From the IMG/VR virus record IMGVR_UViG_3300009154_000029: 64,000 bases of DNA; one strand, 5' to 3'. Shown piece after piece: positions 27,536 to 37,189 of the stretch. The notes below the pieces were generated by a model. The model had not been told where the DNA came from. It searched no databases and saw only the letters and a program-made list of their open reading frames with translations. The position numbers were made by a program, and so were the translations under genes. Source of the stretch: a virus. Taxonomy: Duplodnaviria > Heunggongvirae > Uroviricota > Caudoviricetes. Within the stretch, counting starts at the first letter, position 1. Every line of letters starts with the position of its first letter.

Positions 27536-28348
27536 ATGAAGCACGTTCAACTATTCGAAGCCTTTCTAAAAGGCATGGATAAAGGGATTTTTCTTAGACT
27601 GGCTAAAAGCGGTGAGGTTCCTCAAGTTTACCAAGGCGTAACCCTTACCAGCAATAAAAGGGTGAGTTCAAGACTCTATAAAGACACGTCAGTGGAAACC
27701 TCAAAAAGGGATCTCTATGAGTTTCCCAACAAGGAGAGCCTGATAGAGGACACCAAGTATATGCAGGGTTCAGTAACCCAAAAGGATATTAGATCTCTAA
27801 TAGAACTTGGGTTTATTAAAATGCACCCACAGGTGGATCTCACCGCCTATGATCTTATTCTTACCCCGCAGAGCACATCTCTAGTGCTGGATGAAATCAT
27901 GAACGTTCTGCTCAACGTTGAGCCTTCCAGTGCATATGGACCAGCCAAAACTTGGAACCCCCAAGTTATCAGAGGTGCTTTCACCAAAAGAACATGGAAC
28001 GAGGTTGAATGGGATACGGAGCTTATTGACAGACTCTCAAATAGTGGAACCAAGAATGAAGTGCTTAAACTCAAGGAGAGACTCACCACCACAAAGGGCG
28101 GAGAAAAAGCCAAGCTTAGTGGAAATGTGATTCCAAGATTCAGAAAGTTTCTAAAGCAGTTTATGGATATCACCCCAGAGGCTTTATCAGCTCTTGCGGG
28201 TCGCAAGGTGATTATCTTGGATGACTTTGTGACAGATGGTGCCACTAGAAGGCAAATGCAAAGGCTAGCAGTTCCAGGAGGACCACAGAAGATTCTAAAT
28301 CTGGCCCTATTCCATGTGGTTGGTTATAAACAAGAGGATGACGAGTAA
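27536..28348 (+). CDS. Type I phosphoribosyltransferase-like protein with N-tag
   Basis: KVIILDDFVTDGAT PRPP-binding motif; MKHVQLFEAF. Confidence 0.75.
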   Translation: MKHVQLFEAFLKGMDKGIFLRLAKSGEVPQVYQGVTLTSNKRVSSRLYKDTSVETSKRDLYEFPNKESLIEDTKYMQGSVTQKDIRSLIELGFIKMHPQVDLTAYDLILTPQSTSLVLDEIMNVLLNVEPSSAYGPAKTWNPQVIRGAFTKRTWNEVEWDTELIDRLSNSGTKNEVLKLKERLTTTKGGEKAKLSGNVIPRFRKFLKQFMDITPEALSALAGRKVIILDDFVTDGATRRQMQRLAVPGGPQKILNLALFHVVGYKQEDDE

Positions 28349-28423
28349 ATCGAATTAAGCCCCAATTTTTTTAGTAACGTCCAAGGCAAATATAATCCAA
28401 ACACTCAAAGAATATATATTCAT

Positions 28424-29089
28424 ATGAAAACATTCTATGGAGTTTTAACGGAGGCAGGAGAACCAGATCAGCAAAAGATGGTGGAAGAGCCTGAGAAAGT
28501 TCAAGCTCCAGAACCAGAACCGCTTAAGGGTTATATCATTTGGTCCCTAGTAGGCAGAGCAGCTTCAACCCCAGGGGCAAGCTTTATGACTGTCTGCTCC
28601 TCTAGTATTGTTTCCACATCTTTGCTTGACGCCATCCAAACGTTTATGGAAAAAAATCTGGAGATGACAAAAAAACTGTCTGATGAGGAAATGTTTGGGT
28701 TGTTAACAAATCCTTTAGGGGCACTTCCCGTAATTATAGACACACATCACCCAAATTCTTCAAAGTGTGGAGCTCTTAGAATCTGGACAGGAATGAAACC
28801 CAAAGAGCAAAAAGAGGTTTATAACAGGTTGCTTAGCTTTGATCCTTGGGGTTTAGTGTGGGATCTGGAAAGGCACTTTCAAGATGCAAGAACAGCGTTT
28901 ACTATACATGGGGATAGCAAAAAAGAGCTAGCAGAAAATGTGGGAGAGATCTACGCCTATTTCAAGGCCAATCCACTAAATCTCTATCTTCTGGATTCAG
29001 ATCCAGAGCTAAAGAAGAAAGTTATAGAGGCTACCGGCATTAAAGATATAGGTAAACTCGGAAAAGCCATGAGTAAAGGCATGATATAA
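28424..29089 (+). CDS. N-tagged protein with conserved C-terminal module
   Basis: MKTFYGVLTEA; ends YFKANP...KDIGKLGKAMSKGMI. Confidence 0.85.
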   Translation: MKTFYGVLTEAGEPDQQKMVEEPEKVQAPEPEPLKGYIIWSLVGRAASTPGASFMTVCSSSIVSTSLLDAIQTFMEKNLEMTKKLSDEEMFGLLTNPLGALPVIIDTHHPNSSKCGALRIWTGMKPKEQKEVYNRLLSFDPWGLVWDLERHFQDARTAFTIHGDSKKELAENVGEIYAYFKANPLNLYLLDSDPELKKKVIEATGIKDIGKLGKAMSKGMI

Positions 29090-29095
29090 TCATTT

Positions 29096-29752
29096 ATGAG
29101 ACACCTATTAACATACGAGATTTTTGAGTCCCAAGAGGAAACCGGTGAATTTGGCCTGGTGATTTTTCTGAAATGCGAAATTAAGGATGAAGGGGAGATT
29201 AAACCCGCAGTAGTGGTTCTAATGTCATCCGGTGAAAACTCTAGATCAGCTATTGAAAACATGCTATTAGGCATGAATTCAAAAATAGACGATATAGAGA
29301 CAACCAAAGATCTTATTGCTTCATTTCAAACCACCAGTTTTACTGATGGAATCCTAGGAGGAAAAATCTCTAAGGTTTATGCGGTTATTCCATACAAAGC
29401 GATCCCAAGAGGATCTCAATCTGATTTCGATTGGGTGTGGTGCACATACAAAGATGTAAAAGATTTTGATCCTACAGATATGGGGGATTCGGATGATGAG
29501 GATAGCATTGTTAGTAAGGGCTGGGACACCGATCGGATTATGTCCAAACTATATGGCATGTTTAAATCTGACAGAAAGCTATTTCACAAAATAGCTTTAG
29601 GTGAACTAAGCAATATGGAGGGCGGATCTGATAATAAATTTCCAGTAGAGCCGGGGGATGATCCAAAGGCTAAATCAAATAAAAAGGCTCTAAAGAGAGG
29701 GGCAGAGGATATCACACTATTACGCCGCTCACTTAATAGAGGAATGCTTTAA
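29096..29752 (+). CDS. N-tagged protein with partial C-terminal module
   Basis: MRHLLTYEIFE; ends GAEDITLLRRSLNRGML. Confidence 0.85.
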   Translation: MRHLLTYEIFESQEETGEFGLVIFLKCEIKDEGEIKPAVVVLMSSGENSRSAIENMLLGMNSKIDDIETTKDLIASFQTTSFTDGILGGKISKVYAVIPYKAIPRGSQSDFDWVWCTYKDVKDFDPTDMGDSDDEDSIVSKGWDTDRIMSKLYGMFKSDRKLFHKIALGELSNMEGGSDNKFPVEPGDDPKAKSNKKALKRGAEDITLLRRSLNRGML

Positions 29753-29753
29753 T

Positions 29754-30068
29754 ATGAAAAATCTAGAGCTATATGAGAACTTTGGACGTGAGAGAATAAC
29801 AACACTCACATCGAGAAGAGGTAAGGACATCATTATCACGTTATTAGGAGCTCGTATTCAATCGATCGATAATCAGTCAGGGGTAAACTTCCCTTTCTCC
29901 GTTGGACAGAGTTATACGCAATCTATTGAGACGTGGGCATGTAATAATGGCTTTACGATTGATGGCAAATCACCATGCCCAGAGGAGAAGATCTTCGGAA
30001 TCAGAAAGAAGGATATCCCACAGGGGCATGAGCTTAGGTTTTTATTTCCTCATAAATTCAGAGACTAA
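29754..30068 (+). CDS. N-tagged (MKNLELYENF) protein
   Basis: 104 aa ORF. Confidence 0.8.
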   Translation: MKNLELYENFGRERITTLTSRRGKDIIITLLGARIQSIDNQSGVNFPFSVGQSYTQSIETWACNNGFTIDGKSPCPEEKIFGIRKKDIPQGHELRFLFPHKFRD

Positions 30069-30091
30069 TATATAAAGAAAACAACTATCAG

Positions 30092-30625
30092 ATGGAAGAA
30101 ATTGAAATGTCTATAGAGCCAAACACAGTTACGGTTAAAACACCAAAGGGCTTACCCGAAGAGATTGTGGCTATGTTAGAGGCTAGAATTGGAGACGAAT
30201 ATAAAGCTCACTACACCTATAGGAGTGCAGCCAATTGGTGTAAAAATGCCAACTACAAAAAAGCGGCTTCCTATTTTGAAAGCGAAGCAAACTCAGAACT
30301 TGAACATGCCAAGGGTCTTCAGGACTACCTCACTCAATGGAACATAATGCCACAGATTCCTGCGGTAGATCCAACTAGAGAGTTTAAAGGTCTAGTTGAT
30401 ATAGTGAACCAAGCTTATGCTATGGAGTATGCTCTTTTAGAGTCTTATTCAGATCAGCAAATTGAGCTAATAGATATGCATCCGGCAACACATAACTTTA
30501 TACAGAAGTACGTGGATATTCAGAACGAAGCGGTAGGCGAGTATTCAGATTTATTGAATGCTTTATGCTTGATCAATCCAGATAATAAATTGGATCTGCT
30601 TTACTTTGAGAAAAGATACTTCTAA
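30092..30625 (+). CDS. Ferritin-like protein (non-haem ferritin)
   Basis: EYKAHYTY, EANSELEHA (ExxH), QNE ferroxidase-type residues. Confidence 0.8.
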   Translation: MEEIEMSIEPNTVTVKTPKGLPEEIVAMLEARIGDEYKAHYTYRSAANWCKNANYKKAASYFESEANSELEHAKGLQDYLTQWNIMPQIPAVDPTREFKGLVDIVNQAYAMEYALLESYSDQQIELIDMHPATHNFIQKYVDIQNEAVGEYSDLLNALCLINPDNKLDLLYFEKRYF

Positions 30626-30704
30626 AGATACCCCAGGTTTGAAGACCTGGCTTAGGACCGGAAAGTTATTTCCGCAAAGGACAGAATTCGCTACTCTGTC
30701 CTTT

Positions 30705-31280
30705 TTATTTGTCTTTGCCTTCTGATGCGTATTTAACCCCCATAATGGTACCAACAATACTGAATGCGTTGGTTAGAAGAATACCAAACATGTTGCTCCA
30801 TGTTGATCCTATAATCTGGGTATCCTTTCCAGTAAACATTGAAATGATATACATGATAGTGGTAACAACCCCAACACTTAGAATAACTAGCAAAGCCACT
30901 TTAACGATGGTGCTGATTAACTCGGTCTGCGATTTCTTCTGGAGAACGTCAAGATCGTTTAGAGCCAGATCCTTGGCTTTCTCAGCTTCAGCCTTAGCAC
31001 ATTCTGCATTATCTAAGGCTTCTTTAAGATCAACCAAAAGTTTTTGATTCTCCTCCTGAGAGGACAATAGATTCCTATTTTGGTCTTGAACATGTTTAGT
31101 AACGTCAAGTCTTCTCCTTCTAGAATCCTTATCTTTTTCCAAAGCGTCTGCTAAATATTTGGAGAATTCAGTATCTTCTGGATCCGCTTCCAATAATTTG
31201 AGAATGTTTCCTTCTAGTAAGACCCTTTTACTTTTTTGTATTTCAAGAAGGAGGTCTCTCGTGGATTTATCTACTTTCAT
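30705..31280 (-). CDS. Coiled-coil membrane protein of the two-component operon
   Basis: Coiled coil and 2 C-terminal TMs; overlaps the stop of the receiver gene. Confidence 0.8.
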   Translation of the reverse strand: MKVDKSTRDLLLEIQKSKRVLLEGNILKLLEADPEDTEFSKYLADALEKDKDSRRRRLDVTKHVQDQNRNLLSSQEENQKLLVDLKEALDNAECAKAEAEKAKDLALNDLDVLQKKSQTELISTIVKVALLVILSVGVVTTIMYIISMFTGKDTQIIGSTWSNMFGILLTNAFSIVGTIMGVKYASEGKDK

Positions 31281-31711
31281 TATTTATATACTTTAAATGG
31301 TAAAGTCTTGTTTTTATAACCTTGGAAATCTTTCTTGAATTCTTCAAGTCTTGGCTCAATCTCGTCAGACTTGATAATCCAGAATTGAGCACCTGCAGCT
31401 TTTGCTTTATCCTGCTCTGCTGGTTCGTTTGATGAAGATATAATTCCTATCACCACTCCGTTTCCATAGTCATTATTTACCTTACGAATAAGTTCAATAC
31501 CATCAAAAGATGAACCTATTATATTAAGATCTACAAAAACACATTCAGGTCTTCCTGCTGGTGTTTTTTGCCATCCCTCGAATAATTTTGCTGCTTCGTC
31601 TGAGCTGTCCAAACCCTCAAGAGATAGTGAGATGTCAAGAAGACTGCAAGCGTCTTCGAACACAAGATGAAATAAGCTTTCATCATCTACTAATAAAATT
31701 GAATCGATCAT
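31280..31711 (-). CDS. Single-domain response regulator (receiver)
   Basis: ILLVDDE, CVFVDLNI (phospho-Asp), IISSS, WIIK. Confidence 0.9.
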   Translation of the reverse strand: MIDSILLVDDESLFHLVFEDACSLLDISLSLEGLDSSDEAAKLFEGWQKTPAGRPECVFVDLNIIGSSFDGIELIRKVNNDYGNGVVIGIISSSNEPAEQDKAKAAGAQFWIIKSDEIEPRLEEFKKDFQGYKNKTLPFKVYK

Positions 31712-31729
31712 TGTTTATGTTTTTATTTT

Positions 31730-32251
31730 TTATTTGCGTGCCTGTTGGTTTAATATTGAAATAGCTAAAGCAGTCCAGGCTACGAAAATCCCAATTATAG
31801 CAGGGTCAACGTGAGTCCTAGTTCTTTTTTCAATCTGCTCAATCTTTTCTATTCTTTTTATCTCATTTTGATAGAATTCAATTTTTTTATCCATCAATTC
31901 TAAATTAGAATTAGCAATAATTAAGCTTTCACTCTTATTTTTAAGATTTCTTTTTAGATATGCTTGGTTAACTGATAAGTCCCATTTTAACAGAAGATTC
32001 TCGAATAACAAATTTTTTACTGTGTCTTTCAAATTAGATATTCTCTCAACATATTTTTTTACATATAGATCTTCACCCTCTATAATTAAATTTTTTTGAC
32101 TCAGAAGATCGCTAATCTTTGCATTTTGATTATACTTTAAGATAATAACAGAATCCCTCTTAAATAGAGTTCCTATTGGATATTTTTGTTGAGCAAATGT
32201 AGACATAAAAATCATTGCACAAAATAAAAATAGAATGGCTTTACTTTTCAT
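31730..32251 (-). CDS. Exported coiled-coil protein with C-terminal TM
   Basis: Signal peptide and C-terminal hydrophobic helix. Confidence 0.75.
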   Translation of the reverse strand: MKSKAILFLFCAMIFMSTFAQQKYPIGTLFKRDSVIILKYNQNAKISDLLSQKNLIIEGEDLYVKKYVERISNLKDTVKNLLFENLLLKWDLSVNQAYLKRNLKNKSESLIIANSNLELMDKKIEFYQNEIKRIEKIEQIEKRTRTHVDPAIIGIFVAWTALAISILNQQARK

Positions 32252-32253
32252 TT

Positions 32254-33876
32254 TTACTTTAATGTTATTTTCATTTGCGTTCCTATTTCTGGAAGTTTAC
32301 AACATGTTATTGAGAATCCATGTTCTTCTAGTATTGCAATACAGATATTAAGACCCAAACCAGTTCCCGATTCCTTCTGTCCTTCCTTACGTGTATATGG
32401 CTGCGAAAGATATTTAAAATCTTCAGAGCTTAATCCTCTTCCGTTATCTTCGATAAAAATCTCATTCTCTACTCTATAGATTTTAACAAATTTAGAATCG
32501 CTATCGTTGTATTTTAATCCATTTCTAATAAGATTATCTATTGAGGTGCAGAACAATGCTTCATTAACCTCAAACTCCCCAAGCGGTTCAAGAATTACTT
32601 GAGATCTATAAGCGGTAGCAGACAAATAATCTTCTAGAATTAAGTTTAAATCACATAGTGATTTGTTAAGTACCACGTCTTTCTTTACTAGGTTAGTAAA
32701 CTCATAAACCCCTTTATAAACTTTCTGGGTGTGTCTTAAACCCTCCTTAATCATTTTTAGTGGAGCTTCTATTTTTAAGTCTTTCATCTGCTGCTCACTT
32801 AGTCTTCTTTCTAAAGACGATAAACCTCTAGGCATATACGTGTTTATTCCACTGTGCATATCATGTCTAAGAATTTTTGCCGAATGCTCTAGATATGTGT
32901 TTTTCTTTTCAATTTCCTTTTTCTGATCCACCATGTTAGTAATATCAGTAGCAATTTTCATAACTCTATAAACTTTACCGTCAGTGTCTATAATTGGATT
33001 GTAAGTTGCTTGTAAATGTATTAATGATCCATCTTTGCGAACCCTTATAATCTCTCCGCTAAAAAATTCACCGGATCTAAGTGTTTTCCAGAAATCATTA
33101 TACTCCTTAGATTTTTCATATTCGTCCTCAATAAATATTTTGTGATGTTTTCCTATAATTTCAGAATCTGAAGAATATCCCATTGCTTCTACAAATAGCG
33201 GATTAGCAAACATTATGTTACCATTAAGATCAAATTCAATTACCGCATTTGATTTGTTTATCGCATTCATTCTATTTCGAATCTCAACTTCCTTTTTCTT
33301 TAGCTCCGTAATATCCTGACGAATTGACATAAATCCTAAAAAATTATCTTCTGTATCAAATTGCCCTTTAATAAAAGTATCAACGTAATAAAGTTCCCCG
33401 TTTTTTGCTTTATTTGTACAAACTGCGTTCCATACAAGTTTATCCTTGATAACAGTTTTATACATATCTGTCCAGAATTCTTTTGGATGATATCCTGAAT
33501 TAACTATATTATGATCATTTCCTACTGCTTCATCTAAGGTATACCCTGAGATCTCTGTAAACTTTTTATTGATGTGTGTAATTTTTCCTTTTGAATCTGC
33601 TTTAGAGACTATCGCCGAAGCTTCTATAAAATCATCAAGCTCTTTAAAATTTGCAGCCTGCTCTCCGGATATTGAAGATTTCAGCAGATGCGAATAATCT
33701 TTAATTATAAAATAAAAGCAGGGGATAAAACAGAGGAAACAAGAAAATTCTGACCATCTGGTTAATTGGGTAGAAGGTATAAATTCAAATAGAACTCGAA
33801 GCTTTATCACTAAAAAAATCAACATAATGATAGCGGAAAGATAGATTGCTATTCTTGTTCTCAGTTTAAGCTTCAT
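32254..33876 (-). CDS. PAS-PAS sensor histidine kinase
   Basis: 2 N-terminal TMs, two PAS/PAC domains, H-box LRHDM, N-box NLIRNGLKYN, DNGRG, GTGLGL. Confidence 0.92.
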   Translation of the reverse strand: MKLKLRTRIAIYLSAIIMLIFLVIKLRVLFEFIPSTQLTRWSEFSCFLCFIPCFYFIIKDYSHLLKSSISGEQAANFKELDDFIEASAIVSKADSKGKITHINKKFTEISGYTLDEAVGNDHNIVNSGYHPKEFWTDMYKTVIKDKLVWNAVCTNKAKNGELYYVDTFIKGQFDTEDNFLGFMSIRQDITELKKKEVEIRNRMNAINKSNAVIEFDLNGNIMFANPLFVEAMGYSSDSEIIGKHHKIFIEDEYEKSKEYNDFWKTLRSGEFFSGEIIRVRKDGSLIHLQATYNPIIDTDGKVYRVMKIATDITNMVDQKKEIEKKNTYLEHSAKILRHDMHSGINTYMPRGLSSLERRLSEQQMKDLKIEAPLKMIKEGLRHTQKVYKGVYEFTNLVKKDVVLNKSLCDLNLILEDYLSATAYRSQVILEPLGEFEVNEALFCTSIDNLIRNGLKYNDSDSKFVKIYRVENEIFIEDNGRGLSSEDFKYLSQPYTRKEGQKESGTGLGLNICIAILEEHGFSITCCKLPEIGTQMKITLK

Positions 33877-33976
33877 TTACCATTTTAAATATTTTAATTA
33901 TATATTCAAAATTTAATTAAAAATCAGGGTAAATAGGAAACATTAGAAATTGACGAGCTATAAAATAAAAAAAATC

Positions 33977-34360
33977 ATGAATAGCACAGATACAAATTCA
34001 AAAAATCACGTAAGTGATGAAGCTTTATTAGATCTAGGAGTTACTAGGGAACTTTGGGAATCATGGTATGAGGTAATGGACAATCTTTATATTGTTGGTC
34101 AACATCTTTACCCTGGTGAAATCTCAAACGTTGAGAATGATCTAATAATAGGAGATCTAACAATATCAGGTTCTTTTTCAAACGAGGAGTTTATAGAGGT
34201 TGCAGTAACTAAAAATGATATTGATTATTTGTTGATCAGATATAATGAGAACATTCCAACCATGGTTTCTGCAGTTTATGCGGTGGTTCAGGATCATGTT
34301 GGACCAGGAAAGGATTTCAATCCAGAGACTATTTTAGATATAGAAAACTTACCTATCTAA
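33977..34360 (+). CDS. Hypothetical acidic protein
   Basis: ORF divergent from the kinase operon. Confidence 0.75.
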   Translation: MNSTDTNSKNHVSDEALLDLGVTRELWESWYEVMDNLYIVGQHLYPGEISNVENDLIIGDLTISGSFSNEEFIEVAVTKNDIDYLLIRYNENIPTMVSAVYAVVQDHVGPGKDFNPETILDIENLPI

Positions 34361-34368
34361 ACATCATA

Positions 34369-34398
34369 AAAAAAGGAGATCTTTCGATCTCCTTTTTT
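34369..34398. terminator. Bidirectional terminator
   Basis: AAAAAAGGAGATC-TTTC-GATCTCCTTTTTT. Confidence 0.85.
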
Positions 34399-34411
34399 AA
34401 TACGCCCTAAA

Positions 34412-34726
34412 TTAAGCTTTTTTCGCACTCAATTTAGCTTTGAGTAATTCAAGAATCTTCTGAATTACATCGATTGTGTAAAGACCGTTGGCAATTAGAC
34501 CTACGGCAACAGCATTAAGAACTGTCCATAGAATCGTTGAATCGGCAAAAATCCCAAGACCCTGCCATTTCCCAACAAATGCAATAACACCAGACACCAC
34601 CCAAGATAATAGGTGTGCCTTCCATCCGTCTACTTTTACTAAGTGAGTTTTTACCCACCCTGTTACAAGCAACACTAAAGCTGCAACTGCAGTTAGCGTT
34701 CCGAAGTAAGGACTAAGATCAATCAT
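34412..34726 (-). CDS. Holin-like membrane protein (3 TM)
   Basis: Three TMs and a basic C-terminus. Confidence 0.55.
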   Translation of the reverse strand: MIDLSPYFGTLTAVAALVLLVTGWVKTHLVKVDGWKAHLLSWVVSGVIAFVGKWQGLGIFADSTILWTVLNAVAVGLIANGLYTIDVIQKILELLKAKLSAKKA

Positions 34727-34913
34727 AAAGCACTTTATTTTTTTTAACCATCAGGATTATCTCCCGGGCAATTATATATCTTTGGATGCACATTTTATTA
34801 GCAAAATGCGGTCAGACAAGCATTGCTAACACAAAAAGATATTTCTTTTATTTGTTATTTTTACTATTTTCTGTACCCTTTGGGATATATAGGATGTCAA
34901 AAAAAGATTAAAT

Positions 34914-35270
34914 ATGGAACAAGTATTAAATTTCTCAAACTATCTTAACGAAAGCGATCTAGATCAAGATTTAGATCTATTTGAAGAATCTAACGATGGA
35001 CAATTCGACGAGTTTGAAACGTCAGATTTCTACGAGAACCTAGACGAGTGGTATACCGGTTATGATGAATATGACAATATTCTCGAATCAGATGACTCTG
35101 ATGATAGTTTTGAAGAGTACGATGACTTAGATGAGGATGAATATCAAGATTTCGAAGAAAGCGATGATTATGAAATGGAGGAGGGGTATCCTGAAGAAAA
35201 CTATGGCTTAGAAGAAGAACTGGACGAGTATGACGGAGACAATTATCAGGATTTTGATGATGATTTTTAA
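34914..35270 (+). CDS. Extremely acidic N-tagged protein
   Basis: MEQVLNFSNYLNE followed by D/E/Y-rich body. Confidence 0.8.
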   Translation: MEQVLNFSNYLNESDLDQDLDLFEESNDGQFDEFETSDFYENLDEWYTGYDEYDNILESDDSDDSFEEYDDLDEDEYQDFEESDDYEMEEGYPEENYGLEEELDEYDGDNYQDFDDDF

Positions 35271-35287
35271 TTAAAAAAAAATCTGTA

Positions 35288-36541
35288 ATGAAGAAACTTC
35301 TAAAATTTTCGGAATTTTTAAAAGAAAGCCTCTTTATAAACGAGGGTAAGGGCCAACAGATTCAAAAAAACGGTGTAGTTGCTTATAAAGCTTCAACATC
35401 AAAAACTAGGGTTACCCCGAAATTAGCTACTGAGCTAGGAGTAGAGAAAGATGCTATTTATCAAATTGATATGAATAGCATTGGATATATTTTAGATATT
35501 ACAGGGGGAATACCTGAAGGTACAAAGGGTGCAAACTGGGCAAGTTTAATTCAAACCCCAAAATTCGGCTACACTATAAAAAAAGTAGGTAAAACAGCCA
35601 AACCTGGTTTGGATGTTTTGACAATAAACGGTAATCCTGTTATTCCTGGTCCTGATGGATTACTTATCAGTCCATCAGATTTTAAAGAAGGAGGAAAAAA
35701 TACTATAAGTGCAGCAAATAATGGTATCCTAGCACTTACTAGGCTTTCAAGAGCAATGAATGCTGCATTAAGAACCTCTACTTTAAAAGGTGGTAAAATA
35801 TCAACAGGTCTTTCTAAAGATTGGTCTATCCAGCTATCAATAGGAGGGAATCAGCAAAGCACTGAATCTAGAGGGTATAAATATTTTTATGCAGTACCCG
35901 GATCTTTTGGTCCTGCAAGAAACACAATATTAAATTCAATAGCTGTTGCAGCAGTAAGAGCATACTACAATAAAGGTGAGAAACTTTCTATAACATTCCC
36001 AGATTATACTAAACAACCGCAATCTTGGTGGACCGATAAAATTTGTAAGGCTACAGAGGGAAAATCTTCAAGGGAAGAAATTGTCAATTTAGAGATCACC
36101 ACTTTAAATGAAATTATAGATCTAATTAGAAATATGCTATTAAAAGAGAATAACCTAGTTAATCAAACACCAATCGATATTTCTAATGAATGGAAAGGTT
36201 TTACATCCAACATAGATTCTTATATGACAAAAACGGGTGATCCAAAAGCGGGAAAATTTATAATGTCTTTAACTCCCTCTGGTGTTAAAGCAGTTTCAGA
36301 TTTAATGAAATCTATAGCAAATAAGATTTCTGATACTACAATGCCAAGCGATATTGAAATGACACAATCAGTATTAGCTACTTTAATTTCAACAACATTT
36401 TCGGAATTATCAATGGTTAGCAATATTCGTATTAACGAATCCGTAAAAGAGGCTCAAATTTTAAACAAATATGGTCCTACTTCTAGCATAGTAGCTCTTA
36501 GCGGAAGTTCTGCAGTTAGACAAGCAGAAGGAGGCTACTAA
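35288..36541 (+). CDS. N-tagged (MKKLLKFSEFLKE) virion-type protein
   Basis: 417 aa ORF. Confidence 0.85.
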   Translation: MKKLLKFSEFLKESLFINEGKGQQIQKNGVVAYKASTSKTRVTPKLATELGVEKDAIYQIDMNSIGYILDITGGIPEGTKGANWASLIQTPKFGYTIKKVGKTAKPGLDVLTINGNPVIPGPDGLLISPSDFKEGGKNTISAANNGILALTRLSRAMNAALRTSTLKGGKISTGLSKDWSIQLSIGGNQQSTESRGYKYFYAVPGSFGPARNTILNSIAVAAVRAYYNKGEKLSITFPDYTKQPQSWWTDKICKATEGKSSREEIVNLEITTLNEIIDLIRNMLLKENNLVNQTPIDISNEWKGFTSNIDSYMTKTGDPKAGKFIMSLTPSGVKAVSDLMKSIANKISDTTMPSDIEMTQSVLATLISTTFSELSMVSNIRINESVKEAQILNKYGPTSSIVALSGSSAVRQAEGGY

Positions 36542-36565
36542 TTCATAAATCATTTAAAGAGCATA

Positions 36566-36596
36566 AAAAAGTCCAGTATTATCTGGACTTTTTTTA
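36566..36596. terminator. Bidirectional terminator
   Basis: AAAAAAGTCCAG-TATTAT-CTGGACTTTTTT. Confidence 0.85.
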
Positions 36597-36613
36597 TTGT
36601 ATTAATTTATCTA

Positions 36614-37102
36614 TTAAAAATCTCTACTTCCACTCAATACGTTTAATGTTAACTGTGATCCCTCCATCTTCCAAGTATAGTAAATAAATGGTGATTTTTT
36701 AGGATTTTTCTCTTTCCCTATAAATTCGTTTGTTTCTAGATATACTATAGCATCTTTTATCGATTTTCTATCTGATGGATCTATTATAAATTTGTAGATC
36801 TGGTGATGATACTTAAAATTCTTACACTCAAGATCTTTCTTCTTTCTATTAAAATCTGAAATCGTTTTCATTTTAATAGGTTTAGCACCTTGGTTATATT
36901 CATCCATCGGATAAACGATATATTTAGGTGAATTACTATTAGTCGACTTCCCAGTTTGTATTTCTTCTATAGTTAGGTTCGTTACTATTGGGGTGATCAT
37001 AAAAGAAACGATCTTTCTTTCTACTAAAGAATCTTTAGGTGTCTGAGCATTTAAAGTTAATACTGATAATGAGATGATGAGGATTGAGATTAGCTTTTTC
37101 AT
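36614..37102 (-). CDS. Secreted hypothetical protein
   Basis: MKKLISILIISLSVLTLNAQ signal peptide. Confidence 0.8.
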   Translation of the reverse strand: MKKLISILIISLSVLTLNAQTPKDSLVERKIVSFMITPIVTNLTIEEIQTGKSTNSNSPKYIVYPMDEYNQGAKPIKMKTISDFNRKKKDLECKNFKYHHQIYKFIIDPSDRKSIKDAIVYLETNEFIGKEKNPKKSPFIYYTWKMEGSQLTLNVLSGSRDF

Positions 37103-37189
37103 AATTTTTGTTTTTAATTATAGACCAAATATATGGAACATTTTCGGGTAAAAAAATAAAAAGGTATTTTTTTTTAGAATATATAGGAT

